In this document: positions 24,691 through 38,619 of the stretch, in pieces | Numbering within the stretch: the first letter of the stretch is position 1 | Layout: every line of letters starts with the position of its first letter | NCBI GenBank assembly: GCA_013265495.1 | Contig: MU058034.1 | Location: 62,001 to 126,000 of the forward strand | Direction: 5' to 3' | Length of the DNA: 64,000 nucleotides | Origin: Vicugna vicugna | Lineage: Eukaryota | Program-made: the position numbers and the translations under genes | The notes under the pieces: model-generated | What the model was told of the DNA's origin: nothing | What the model saw: only the letters and a program-made list of their open reading frames with translations | Databases searched by the model: none

Positions 24691-25053
24691 GGGAAATCAG
24701 CTGCCCAGCCTAGCTCAATTCCAGTATTACGTGCTCTTGGCAGCACAGGTGTTATTACTCTGTAGATCAAAGGACCATCTGCGCCTCTATATGCAGTTTT
24801 CATAATGTATTTCTTACTTGAATGTGGGAGGCTTCCATACATAATAGCAGCGTTAGAATTTCTTGCTAAGGATAATGGTATCAATGTTAGGAAAAGTCGA
24901 GTGTCACACTAGAGTTAAAGATCAAGAAGGATTATTTTGATCATGGAAAAACAAATGATTTTATCCTTTTATCCTGTTGCTCAACTTCTACTTCTTTAGA
25001 GGGAAAAAGAATGCTCTTGTATTCTCAAAAGTGTTTTCATGTGACTCTTCACC

Positions 25054-25442
25054 TGTGAATTATTTTGCTAGGGCTGAGTACAGGCTGAGTGGCTTAAGTA
25101 AGAGAAATTTATCTTCTCATGGTTCTGGAGGCTGGAAGTCTAATATCAAAGTGCTGACAGACTTGGCTCCTCTGAGGCTTTTCTGTGAGAGTTATAGCCG
25201 GCTGCCTGCTTCCTGTCTCTCTGTGTGGTAATCTCTATGCATGTGCTCCAGAGGGTCCCTTTTTGTGTCCACATCTCCACTTGTAAAAATACCATTTAGA
25301 CTGGATTAAAGCCTACACTAACAGCCTCATTTTAACTTCCTCCTCAAAAGTCGTATCTTCAGATACAGTCACATTATGAAGCACTGGGGGGGTGAAAGCC
25401 TCAATGTATGAATTATGGGGGTACATAATTCAGCCCATGACA
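25054..25442 (-). mobile_element. MaLR solo LTR (MLT1B-like)
   Basis: TG...CA termini with characteristic tctcatggttctggaggctggaagtct and ataattcagcccatgaca. Confidence 0.88.
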
Positions 25443-28400
25443 ACTATCAGAAGTTTCAGTGACACCTTAATACCAATTCGAAAACACCTCTGATTTTTTT
25501 AATCTAGTCGTTTCTGTATTGCTTTGTTTCACTAATAAAGTATGCCCATGCTTGAGTATGAGATCCTTTACTCCATAAAGGTCTACAATTTCATTTCTAT
25601 TTCTCTAGATACTGCCTAGTAGTGGCTTTACAACTCAGATTAAAATCTTCACAAATTCTTTTGTAGATAAAAATCTCTGCTGTAGATGAAACTCATAGGT
25701 GGCTTTGATAAAGAAATTTCCCCTTAATTTTGCATACTTTTACATTGGATACTGGTTGTTCCATATATTTTCATTGTCTCCCCATCTCGATTTTAGTTGA
25801 TGAGCATGGAAAATGACACTTGATATTCACTTTATATCTCATTATGTCCACCAGAGTATTGTGTACGTATTATTTTCTCAAACAATTCTATTTGATTGAA
25901 TTTCTGACTAGTGAAGTGTGCAGCTACTTGAATCTGTTTATTTTCAGTGTTACGTTAATTGGCTTTGTGAATTCCCAGCACTTTCATTCACCATATTACT
26001 TTATAATCATCTACAATGCTTGAGTAGGTTAACTGTTGAATGATTTCGATAGCACTCTAGGCATGAGGGTTACCTCAATGCACTGCAATACAATGTGTAC
26101 CTCAGTGCATATTTATTATCCTCGTAGATTGTCACGCTTGATTTTACTGACATGGATGGATGGCTACCTAAATGTCCTCATCATATCTAACTTTTCCTTG
26201 TACCTTCTTTCAAGAAGGTGGCTCTGCTTGATAGACAACTGTTTCTTTTAACCAAGGTTAGACAAGCGTCTGTGGACTTTTGTGATTAAAAACACAAAAA
26301 GGACTTTTAAACTGTGGATCTGTGGACTTTTGAACTATGTCACAGTTTTAGGTGAAAGATTCATATTGATCTCTATGAATTACCAATGTTTGTTTTCAGG
26401 ACACTTGTGGAATAATGTTTGAAAATAAGTTGATACCTGAAATAAGTACCCAATAACTCAAGCCAGTTCCCTGTGTAATTTCTTTAAGTGGAAATTCTTT
26501 TCTCTGGTTCCTTCACCTTGGAATAATATATAAGGTGTCAACATGAGTAAAGAGCTCTTGGAAGTCACTATTTATTTATTGTTTATTCTTTATTTTTATA
26601 CAGTCATTCCCTTAAACAGAGAGAGAAATAGCATAAAATGTCAACAGCTCCTACTGTGTTAGTCTTTTACTGTCCCAACATATGTCCTAAAATTTAAAAA
26701 ACAATAAAACTTTGCTGCTTCCACGGTCATTAGCTTTGGTCATTGCAGTCAATCACCCATTGAAGTCAGAGCCATATTAGTTTTTTTTTTTCTTCCTCAT
26801 TGCACAATCTAGCCTTTGTCCTCATTTATCATTAAAGGAAAAATGAACCAAGGAAATTGCCGAGGTACTTAAGTGAATTGGCAATGTGAGAAAGCTCTCA
26901 TCACTTTACTTGAGGAAAGGTACTCCCATCATGTTGAATAAATAATAAAAATATATGAGATTAACATTATTGATAGAAGTATTATTCCATCTACTTTTAA
27001 ATTGATTGATAGTTTTCTAGTTTTAAAATATAAATTTTTCAAGAAAAAATATATTAATTGCTGACAGAAATATTTAGATAATTTCAGATGAAATTCACTC
27101 TTGCCTCAGTAACTTGAATACTTCTGCTGAGATATTTAGGATGGCCAATAGGATTATTTCAACAGAACTTGATCTATCTATAAATTCAAGAAGTAAAAGA
27201 AAAATATAAGTTGGACATGTTTGAGTGTCCTTGCTGGGTTATGTAACCTTGAAACAATTTCAGCTGGGTTAAGGATGGTAATTAAATTTTTTTCAATAAG
27301 CTCGTTGTGAGAAAATAAATTAGAAACATAAGCAATTTTATATTTACTTATCTTACCCTTTTGTTTTCCACACTTTATTTCATTTGAACCCAAGAACATT
27401 GATTGTCAATATATTTTGCATTTCTTACATCATTCCAAAAAGAGATAGTGTACCATAGTCATGTAATTACATGCAGCTAGACTTAAATTTCAAATCTTCT
27501 GACATTCATTTCAAATTGAGTTAAACATATATGAATTATAAAACATGAGTTTGGAAGTGGGTATCCAAGCATGATTATGAAAACTATATACAAGTAATCT
27601 TACTAAATACAGGTTGTATCACTGCTTGAATCATTGGTGAGAAAGAGAAATGATGTATTGTCACTCAAGTTCAGCTTTTCCTTTAGTTTCTGACCAGTCC
27701 TGGTCTATAGTATTTTTTTCTGTGCTTTTGACCAAAACTTTATGATTGTTCAGTTTACTGATCTGCCTCCTTTGAACTATGATGTTCAGGGTTAATGTTT
27801 GTAAGGTTTATAATACTGCCATAATAGACCCGCCACATGTTTATTTGTATTCTTAATCAATGGTCCTTGCTTCTGTCCACATAGCTCTGAACAATCCCAG
27901 AATTGTCAGCTCTGCAAACTGCTGGGTTATCAGTGTGAGAGTTGATTTGGCAATATCACTTGGAGTAAGTGTTTACGACCATATTGTGATTTGATAAAGT
28001 GATAAAATTTATGGACGCTTTCCTCATAAAGATACTCTTCACATCAACAGTTGCATATAATTTCAAGACTCATTTATGAACTTGACCTTAGAACTCCTGG
28101 TTTAGAGGTGACTAAATGCATTTCCTTGGATATTTTCATTATAATAGTGAATTTTTTTCTTGTTCTTTCTCTCTTAGTTATATCAAGATGCTTATTAATA
28201 GTAAGGAAAGCAGTGTTTAAGAAACTAGAGTATCTTTTTTGTATGAATATATGGTAAAATTAATTGCAACTTACATGATTTATTAAACTGAGTCATCCCT
28301 GAAGCAAATGCATTATTAAGTAGTTAAAAAATTCATGGCATGTCCTTAACACAGTGAGAGTGCCTTGGAGGAGCTCATTCATCCGATAAATATGTGTTTA

Positions 28401-29836
28401 ACAAAATTGCTTGAAATGAATCTCTTTTATGGGTTTTTTGGTAATTATTATTCTTATTTAAGACTTAGATATATATACATATATAAATCACATTAATAAC
28501 AGAATCTGTTTTTCACATAGGGTCGTTGTTTGTTTTTGAATGCAAATGGTCACAGCCTTTTCTTTGTGAGTGTGTAATAAACTGCTGTGTTGCATCATGA
28601 AAACTGCTCAGTAGACTGTGGTGTCCTAGAACATATTCTCCGCATTGTACATAGCTGCCTTTCTATTTTGAGATTTAAAGGAACGCTGTGATGGAAACCA
28701 TCTCTGATTTCTTATTGTGTATGTTAGACTCTAGCCTCCATCATTTGGTTGCAGAATGAAGATCTTAAATTTTAACTTTCCTGAGATTTCAGTCAGACAT
28801 GTTCAAAACAAAAAGGCCATTCAAAACTGTTTTCTCTGTGCCATCTGAAATAGAAGTCGTTCTACTTATGTTGTACTTTGAGATATAACGAGTCAGTGGC
28901 AAGCCTCCCCGAGAACCCAGTGTCATTTCCCCATTGCTACAGTCACATAGGGAGCACCACCCTTTAAGAACTGCAGCTCTCCACTCTTTTAGCACTTACT
29001 TATATTTAGATTTGTGTTATTGCTTAAGAATTTTGTACTCTGACTCTATATTTGGAGTTAGTCTCCATGACCTTTTCATTGGTACCACCTCTTGCCTCAT
29101 TACTACTATTACTACTAGCACCATCATCCCTAAAAATTACAATTTAGTGTGCACGTGCACTGTGACTGACATGAAGAAAAGCACTTCATTTTAACCATGC
29201 TGCAGATAAAGAAACTGAAACCCAGTGATGTTTAAATAACATTCACAAAAGCACACAGAAAACGTGTATTGGGAGGATAATGCCTTTTCTTTTTCAGTAA
29301 TCCACATATGTAAACCAAGAACAGACAATGATAGTGTAATATACTATTGCCCGAACTCTTAACGGGGCACTTAAAATGCAGTAGAATCCATTATTTGGTT
29401 TTTATTATTTCTAATTTGCCTAAGCTGCCTGAATAATCTTAAAATTATTCTCTACTTTCCAGCTCCCTTATTTGCCTCCAAAAGAATCTTGAAATTTTAC
29501 CTTAAAAATCAATCTACATACCATTTGCTGCAGTTGTATGCATTTATGTATCTTTTATTTGAGAAGTTTATAATATATTAATTTATATGCTTAAAGGTCT
29601 GTTTATGTATAGTCTTACTTTTGAGTAAAAATGTAACCAGAAGACAGGAAAGAACATACTTATTTCATCACAATTCCATCCAAATCCTTTACAAAATTTC
29701 TCAGAGAATTCTCTTGACTGACTGAATTTATCAGTTCAATTGTGAACGGGAAGAAGTGAATGTGTCCCAACAAATAAATGAATTTCAGATTATTTTAAGA
29801 AACTGAAAGTAAATTCTCTCATGTAAGTTAATTACA

Positions 29837-29933
29837 ATAGTATAACTAAAGCATTGTGCTGTACACTAGGAATTGACACAACATTGTAAACTGACTATAT
29901 TTCAATTAAAATATATTGTATATACAAAAAATA
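29837..29933 (+). mobile_element. Very short L1 3' end
   Basis: gcattgtgctgtacactaggaattgacacaacattgtaaactgactat. TSD AAGTTAATTACA at 29825-29836 and 29934-29945. Confidence 0.9.
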
Positions 29934-29949
29934 AAGTTAATTACAGTGG

Positions 29950-32345
29950 ATTTTCTATTATGGCAGCATGAAGATGTCAAATTATCTCCCTCAAATAAAT
30001 ATAATATTAGAAGAAAATTGTCAAAAACAACATTTTAGGGTGCTGGATACCATCCAAAAGCAGACAAAAGGTTAGTAAGAATTTACTCTTGTAATAAATG
30101 CAAGAGCTGTAGGCTGGAAGACTGAGTTATCCATGGCTTTTTTGCCTAGTTTATTTTCATCTTTATTCCACACCGAATAACGTCAGCAAAAACTGTTGCA
30201 ATTGACATTGCAACCAACAGCCCTGAGGCTATAGGGAACTGACTCAATTTGGAGCTATAAGTGAAAACCTATGGCTTTGGCAGGTAAAGGTGGGAACCTA
30301 GATGGGAACAAATGGAGAAAGAAATACTCACATATTTGTTAATCCAATGTCATCATCATCCTGGTGAGTCAGCAGTGAACCAGGCAGAAATTGAACTGAG
30401 GGATCCTAGAAATGAGAGCCATAGAGTGTCTGAGATAAGCTCTTCACGTATCGCTGGCTGATGGCAAAGTTTGCACATCTGTCAGGGAGACCTGAGAGGC
30501 CTTTGAGAAATATAAATGCTGATGGAGACTTGAGAACTAGCTGTAGTTTTAGATGTATTTCCCAAACCACTCACTCACCACTTCACTAAACAGGAGAAGG
30601 AGAGGGGGAGGGGGAGAAAACTAAGCAGAGAATCACAGGCTGCACATCATGAGGGAGACAGACTCCACAGTAAGTTTAAAGAAATTAATTTTAGAAAATA
30701 CAACAACACAACAACCCACAGAAATATAAAACACGTTTCATAGATGGTGTAATATATTCTCTAAAATGTTAACTTTTCAACCCAAAATTATGAGACATTC
30801 AAGAAAACATGAAAGTGTGAGCAATACTCAAATGAGTACTGAATCAATAAAAACTGACTCTACATAGGACCAGGTGTAAAATTTAACAGCAAAAAGGAAA
30901 TTCAAAGCAACTATTATAAATATGTTCAAAGAATTAAAACTGTGTTCAAAAAAATAAAAAGAATATAATGACAATGACTCAACAAATAGGGAATCTCAAT
31001 AGAGAAATAGAATTATATTTTTAAAGTGAAAATAAAAAGTGTGTATTTGAAAAGCACCATAACTGAAGTGAAGAGTTCATCAGATGAATGCAATAGCAGG
31101 TTTGAAGTTGCAGGGGAAATAGTCAGAAATTTGAAGATAGAGAAGTGTAAATTATTTAATCTGAAGAAATGTGTGAGAAAACTCTGTTTCTGAGGGAAAA
31201 TTAAGAGAGACTTTGAGGCAAGTGAGTCAACATTAAACATTATTAGTATAACATATAATGGAAGTGCCAGTGGGAAGGAAGAAAGAGAAAGGAGAAGAAA
31301 AATTAGTTGAAGAAAGAATTCCTTACAAGTTCCCCAATCAAATGAGGCAACAATTATTTGCAGGTCCAAAAACTCAGTCTTCACCAAGTCTGGTAAACAC
31401 AGAGATCCACACCTGGAAACATCACAGTCAAACGGCTGAAAGATAAAGAGGAAATGTTGAAAGCAACAAGAAAAATGCAGCCTTTTCTCATACAGTGTTG
31501 GTCAGTTCTTTAGGATGGACCGAAGAACCTTGTCAATAATAGCTATGTTGGTAAATATAAATATAAAAGACTGTGTGTATATGTTTATTAAATTATTCTT
31601 TTATATCTTAAAAATAAGATCACTTACAGCAAGGATTATGACACTACTTTTTTGGAGTCTTACGTTTGACTTTCTACATATGTAGATTCATAACATACAT
31701 GAAATGTACATAACAGTAGTACAAAGAGAAATGAGGTCGAATTTAACTTGCGTTAACATAAAGTGATAAGTTAAAATTGCTTATTATAACCCCTAGAGCA
31801 AATACACACACAAAAACAGTCACACACACGGAGGCAGATACCTACACATAACCAATAGAGAAATTAAAATCGTAAATTAAAAATATTTGTTTAATAAAGT
31901 AAGAGGCAGTAAGTGATAAATAGAGGGACAAAAGACATGAGATATACAGAAAAAAATGGTGAATGCTTAAACAAACTGGTACATCATGCAATGGAATACT
32001 AATTATCAATAAAAAGAAATTAACTATTGCATTATGCAGCAACATGGATAGACTAAAAAACAGTATGTTAAGTGAAAGAAGCCAGATACAAAAGCCTACA
32101 TAGTGTGTGATTTAATTTATATTAAATTTCTTGATAATGAAAAGGTATAGAGACAAAAATCAGTGTTTTCCTGAGTCAGTGTGTGAGCCTGACTGAAAAT
32201 TGATGCAAAGTAGTATTTTGCAGTAATGAGAGTGTTTAAAAACTGGATTGGGATAATGGCTGGACAACAATATAAGTTGACTAACTCCTCAAACTGCACA
32301 ATTAGAATTAATCAATTCTATATCATATAATTTATACTGCAAAAA
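29950..32345 (+). mobile_element. Ancient L1 (L1MD/ME-like): 5' region, ORF1 remnant, spacer and 3' end, with ORF2 absent
   Basis: ORF1-like ttcaaagcaactattataaatatgttcaaagaattaaa (~30900) and gatccacacctggaaacatcacagtcaaac (~31405). 3' end caatggaatact...ttaagtgaaagaagccagatacaaaag from ~31960. Confidence 0.75.
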
Positions 32346-35300
32346 GGTCTTAGGATATTTCAACTCATTTTCTTAAAATTTATTCATGGCATGTTATACT
32401 TTAATATATTTTTAGTGAAAAGCAAATTATGGGTAATCACTTATTTTATAAATAAAAATAAGTTTTTATGTTTTGTTAACTTGTTTCAGCTGGGTGTCAT
32501 TTTTCCAAGTGAATAATATAAATGTTGCCTAATTTTTCAAATAGCCTAACAATTTTATTTCAGGTCATGATACCTTCCGCCTTGGTTTTCCTTGCTTCCT
32601 ATAGGTTATAGTTTTTACCCATTTCTGCATTATCCATTAAGGGGATTTTATTTTGGGGGAAAAAAAACAATTACAGAAATAACATTACTTTTCAGATGTT
32701 TATTAAATCTCAGCACAGATTTATATGAGCACCTACTGTGAACCATGTGTGGTCCTGTGCTTTAGAGATAACACTGATTTAAGAAAAAAAAAGCGCAGCA
32801 TTTTGTTCCATATAAAACCTCATTTTAAGATCCAAATTAGATTGGTGAAACACACAAACTACAGGGCTTTGGGAGGAGAGAGAAATCTCTTTGTACTATG
32901 ATGATATTTAATTGACTGTAGACAGCTGCTCCCTGCTTGATCAAATGACTACCTACAAAAAGATTTTACTATTACGTTGGAAAAATTTAAAAAGGATCAT
33001 GATATAATATTTACGTAAATTCTAGATTGATGGAGAATAGATCATCTCTAGACAATTTGACTAAAAATGACAGACTTTGAGGAACAACAAAAACAAAACA
33101 CCCTGTAAATACAGGTGTGTACTCGTAGAGTCATTGAAATTTAAGCTTCTACTGAATTCTTCACAATGAGTTTTGAGTAACATTTTCATCTGAATACTTG
33201 AAGCCTTAATGGTCCAAGGTTGACGTACAATTGATTTTTGTGATTTTGTGATCTTGTGATGATATCATGTGACTATAAAGTGTCTCCGGAGGATTATATT
33301 AAAGAGTTTTTGTTGACAGAAAGCTAAGCTCTTCTGATCTGTTCATTGAAGTGTAAATACATGAATGTATTCATTCTTTTCTACGTGATATATTAAGGTT
33401 TTCCTCTCACTTATTTTTTTAAACATGTTGTTTGGGAGAAACGGAAAAGACTCTTAACTTTTATTGAGAGAAGAGATGAATTCTCTAATCCAGGTATATG
33501 ACCACTTGATGTAAATAGAGTGGGTGTTTTCACTTACTGTTTAGGGGGATTCAGAGGGTCCCTGTCGGGTACAATAGAATATTCATGGTTATTGGATTTT
33601 TATTTTTATTTCTTTTATTGAGTTATAATCATTTATTGTATTTTTAAAATAGTAATACCTTAAGTAATTGTATGTAAAATACTAGTGTCCTCAAGCCTTC
33701 TGCCACATGCAATTTCTCTTTTCTGGGATGTTTCACTGTGTACGCCAAGGCCACATCCCATTTTCTGAGGGGTGGTTCCTTACAATTGGGCCACCCACCA
33801 TAGTGCCTCGGATTTCTCCCATTTGAAACACAGCTAAATGGACCAGCGAAGGGCATCTGGGGAAGGACAGTTTTGGGGAGGCCGGTTAGGAGATCACAAA
33901 GTGGCCTGGTCCACACACTCTGCCCCACAGCATTGTTTTGCTGAAGAGTAATTGGCAGCCATTCAGATACTCTTTCTTATGGTGTCTGAATGTGCAGCAT
34001 GTGGAAAAGAAATGCAACAAGAAACAGAAACAGGAAAAAAAAACAGTAAACAGAGACCATGAATCAATGGAAATCATGAAATAGAGTTATGTGATTGTCA
34101 AAAAAGCAGAAAATAGTGGCAGAGGCCACACAATAGTGAGACAGTAGAATAGAGTATCTTCTCATAGTGAGCTTTGTGTGAATTAGATTTCTTTCTTTAT
34201 ATTTTCTCTATTTTTTTAGATAGTCTACAATAAGGAAATGTGACTTTCACGATCAGAACAATATAGTCAAATAACATAAATGCATCTAACACTTTGAAAA
34301 AAAATTACTAGCTTGATTTAACTAGATTTTCCTTTGTTTATCATCATGACTCTGCAAAAGCTACTGCATCTGTAGCTTTATGAATGAAATACTGATTGGG
34401 CGAACTAAAATACAGTTTTTTAGATCTCTATTTAGGCCTCTGTAGAAAGCCTAGTTTCTGAGTAAAAGCCAGACATAGGTTTCTACCCGGTGTTTCAGCT
34501 CAGGGACAGTTTGTGGATGATGGGGAGTTTCAGCATATTAGTCATCAAGTTTCATTCTCCAGCTGTTGTTTTTACCATTTGGCTTTGTCTAAGGAAAGTA
34601 ATGCTACATCTCTCAGTGATTTTTTTTTTTTCCCCAACTTAGGTTTCTCTTTCATAATGGATGTCTCTGACATTGTGGCTGGATAAGGGATGTGATCTGA
34701 TTCAGTGGTGCAGAGTGTTAGAGAGACACTTTTTTTTTTTTAACCTGAGGAAGAGCCTTGAGCTTCTTCCTTTCTTTAGTATAAACTAGGTTTATGCCAG
34801 GTTTATCCACGTGCTACCAGATGATGAATAAGAGCATATAATTACCATGCCCAAATTCTATCAGTGTGGGATGGGATTTCAGAATCAGTATCTTATTTCA
34901 AACCGGGACTTTAAAAAATATTTTAATCTAACTCTGATATTGTGAAGATGAGTCAGTGTTGTCCAAGACAAGTGAAGTGACTTGCCAAGATTGTAGGAAA
35001 GTACATGATGGAGCAGAGTCTCGATCTGCATCCTCCCATTTTAGCCAGATACTGGCTCTGCCGTGCTCTAGGAGACGCACACCCCTTTCATCTCTTACCC
35101 TAACATTTAATATAGTTCCTGACACAGAGTGTGAGATCAATTAATGCTATTCCTATGTATAATTTATACTGAACACATTCTGTAACACGTATCACATATT
35201 GGAGAAGCATCTGTTTCCACGGTACACACTGTTACGGCGATTTTTGAGATGGATATATATTTAACATTAAATAGCATTCATTAATATACATGAAATTGCT

Positions 35301-38300
35301 CCTGGCACTCTTCCAGGATCTGTCCAAAGTAAATAATGTAAAATTAGCTCTGCCTTCCTAAATATTAAACATCTCACACAGTCCAAAGAGAAAGAGAGAA
35401 AAACTTCAAGAAAAGTGTTGAGCTCATCAGTACCTCAGGCAAAGCATGTATCAAAGACCAAAACTACAGAGCTTCTATTTCCCAAGTCAACATCAAGACA
35501 TAACACTGCCTTCAGGAAGATCCTTAGAAGGAAAACACTGCTGTTGACTCCAGATTTCCACATTCTCACTGACAGGTCATGTTAAGATGGGGGCAAATTT
35601 GTCTGAAGTGCTATTGCCAAGATGAGCTTTGAGTCTTCCTGCATCATCAGAAAGCTTCATCATTTTCTCCAATCTGAGCTTTCCTGGTGCTCTTTTCTGC
35701 TCTTGAACTTTCACTTGTGCCTGTGATCTGTGGTCGTCTTATTGTTTAGCCTGTTTATCTAATAAGAGACATTTCATTCTGCTCAAATTTCTTCTCTTGC
35801 CTTCCTAACTGGACTTATGCTTTCTTTCTGTTTGTTGTTACTCTCTCAGCATCTGTTTGTCTAGCTGTACGTTGGCCGATTTAATTGTTTACGATTATTT
35901 GATTTTGATGTCTGCCTATTTGATCAATTCAAGATTCAGCTTTGCTGGAAAATTCCAAGGCACTATCATAAACCAGACATGTACACTAACAGCTGCTACC
36001 AGATCTATCTTTGGCATCTGTGCTCTTGTACATTGTTATTCTTTCAACAGTTTTTCCTGAAGGGTTAACCTCTAAAGTCCATCCTTGTGTATATGATCTC
36101 TGGTTAAAATAAAAATAGGAAGTAGTGTGGTCTGTATTAATTAAAAGGTCCTTTAAAGGATCAGTGCCAAAAGCTGGATAGATGAAAGCTTGCCAAGGAC
36201 ACAGGACCAGAAACTTAATTGCACCTTTAGCAAGAGTGCTATGGACGAGCATACTCAAATATATGACCTTCCCTTAATTTTGCACTAATGCATAAAATAA
36301 GGGTTCTGCACTTGCCAATTGCATGATATATATGCATGTGCCATGAATGAAGTTTGTGTATGTGTATATGAAAGTAGGGCTTCTGACCTGATGTCAGTGG
36401 GAAATAGATTGTGTGGATGAGTCTGTCTGTATACTTGATATGCTTATGTAAATATACATGTATGTATATACATTCATATTTATTTTAATGACCCAAATAT
36501 TTCAGAATTACAGTGAACTTTTAATATAGTAGTCTTCTAATTCTAGGATTGTTGCTATTTCTTTGGACAGCTTCAAAAGAAAAGCTTTTGAACACAAATC
36601 TGAAAACAAAACAGTCAACTTGAAATCATTTGTATTTACTCTATATCCTGAGACTATCAGGCTAATTGGACTGCTAGATATCCTTCCAAAATTGACATTA
36701 TATTTTACTGCTTGCAACTGGATTGTACTACAAAATATTTTGCCATGGAATGACCACTCCAGTGGCTGTCCAGCAGACATTTTTTCTTAGCCAAGTCACA
36801 GAGGGAAATAACAAGGTGGATTTAATGTTGACAGAGTGCAAAGGCCTGTCCATCTACACTTCCCGGTGCCCTGGTGTGCAGCAGAGTACACGCTGAGATT
36901 TTAAAGAAGATTTAAATTAAGGTATTCTTCCCTGTATTCTCATAATTTTGCCAATATTGGTTTCATGACTATTTCAAGTAGAAAACAAATCAACTTTAAA
37001 CTGGTAACTTCTTCAGTGAATAGGTAATACAGATGAATAAGCAAAATGGAAATTATGGCTGAATCGAGCCAAAGCAGGTGCATTGGAAATTGATAGCACA
37101 TTCTGGAAGATCCTGAGCCACATTCCTCTGAAGCATTTGCTTGTACTTACCTTTCCTTGTATCAAATACGGAACTACTAACTTAGGCTTATAATGAAAAA
37201 CAGGAGCTTAGGAAATCTCTCTAAGGCATTCACATACCCAAAATGCCATTAATTGATTAATCAATCATTTAATCAAATCATAGTTTATCTGTGTGTCTTT
37301 CATGTGGCAAGCATGCCACTAGTTCTGGTTTTATAAGAGATAAACATGAGAAACCACCTCTGTATGTCTACTGAGAGCTCAAAGGCTTTTGTGGGAATTC
37401 AACCAATAAGTGGACAATTATATGGCTGTGTTCCAGGTTCATGAATAGCAATTTACACAAGGAGATTGAAATCTATGAGAAGATTTATAGAATTCAGACC
37501 TGGAACGGACTGCTCAAGGCCAGGGAGGTTGCATCACTTACTGTGTAACTGCTGCCTGGTAACATCTTACTGGCCTTTTTATTTTATAACATTTCAGGGA
37601 CTTGTTATGTAACTTTTATATAGGGAGCAAATTCTGTCATTTCCACCGATAACTTGCTATAGAAGACTGATATAATTTTGTGTTACCCTTTTCTAAGAGG
37701 AATGGATATTGGACACAGGGGCATGTGAGTGAATTTAAATAGTCCCCAGTGCAAATATTTCAGAACTCCCCAACATAGATCCAAGCCTTTCAATATTAAT
37801 TTCTTGGTGCTGTATATAGTAGGTTGTCAGGGGGCCAATAGGAAAAAAGATAAAATCAGTGGATTTTAACTCCCAAAATAGTGTAAAAATGTCACCTCTG
37901 TTAGCTCTTAGGTAGTGGCGTCAGCTTCTTTCTAAGGGATATGTGTATTATGGTGATTGGAGAGGAGACAGTGTGGAGCGTATTGGGAAAGCATTTGCTG
38001 TTTGGGAAAGGGATGACTTCATATAAATTTTAGTAATAGTTTACTTCAGTATTAATAATAAATATCATGACAATATACTTAGTATAGCAAACTCTTCTAC
38101 ATTTAACCAGCATTTCCTGTCCTTAATGTGTATTAATATTTTGATAATTATAACAACTCTATGATGTACTTTTTTACATTACCCCGTTTTATATGTAAGT
38201 AAATAAAGACGAAAGGAAATCAAGGTTGTCTAGGACCACAGCTAGTAAGTGTCAGAATCTGGTTCCCGGTATCCACGCTTCAGCATTATACTTAATGCCT

Positions 38301-38619
38301 CTGAATTTATGATGCTTAGCTATTTCTCCCATGCTGTGCTTGGTGTTTGCTGTAGTTTATGTTAATTTTTCAGTTGAATCGTCTGCATTTTCCAGGTGTT
38401 TAATCATGCTACCAGTGTATTTTTATACCATTACTTTTTATTTTTCTCTCTCTAGTTTATTGTTCTTATCTAATTGTTGGCCAGTACTTCCAGAATAACA
38501 GTTGCAATAGTGGGCATTTTTCCTAACTGCAATGCCTCAGTTGTTTCCCCCAAATGTGTGTGATGTTGGCTTGGAGGTCTAGCTAGCTAGATTTTATAAA
38601 ATTAAGGTTCATATGAGAA

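Noticed and set aside
23220..24884. ORFs of 133-197 aa around the LTR and CpG island
   Set aside because: Arg/Gly/Pro/Ala-rich, open in several frames, expected from GC content, and no recognisable domain.
35560..35750. Minus-strand open stretch (AQVKVQEQKRAPGKLRLEKMMK...)
   Set aside because: Short, bounded by stops, without splice signals or recognisable homology.
37252..37265. 14-bp palindrome ATTGATTAATCAAT
   Set aside because: Lies in a low-complexity, L2 tail-like tract and is expected by chance.
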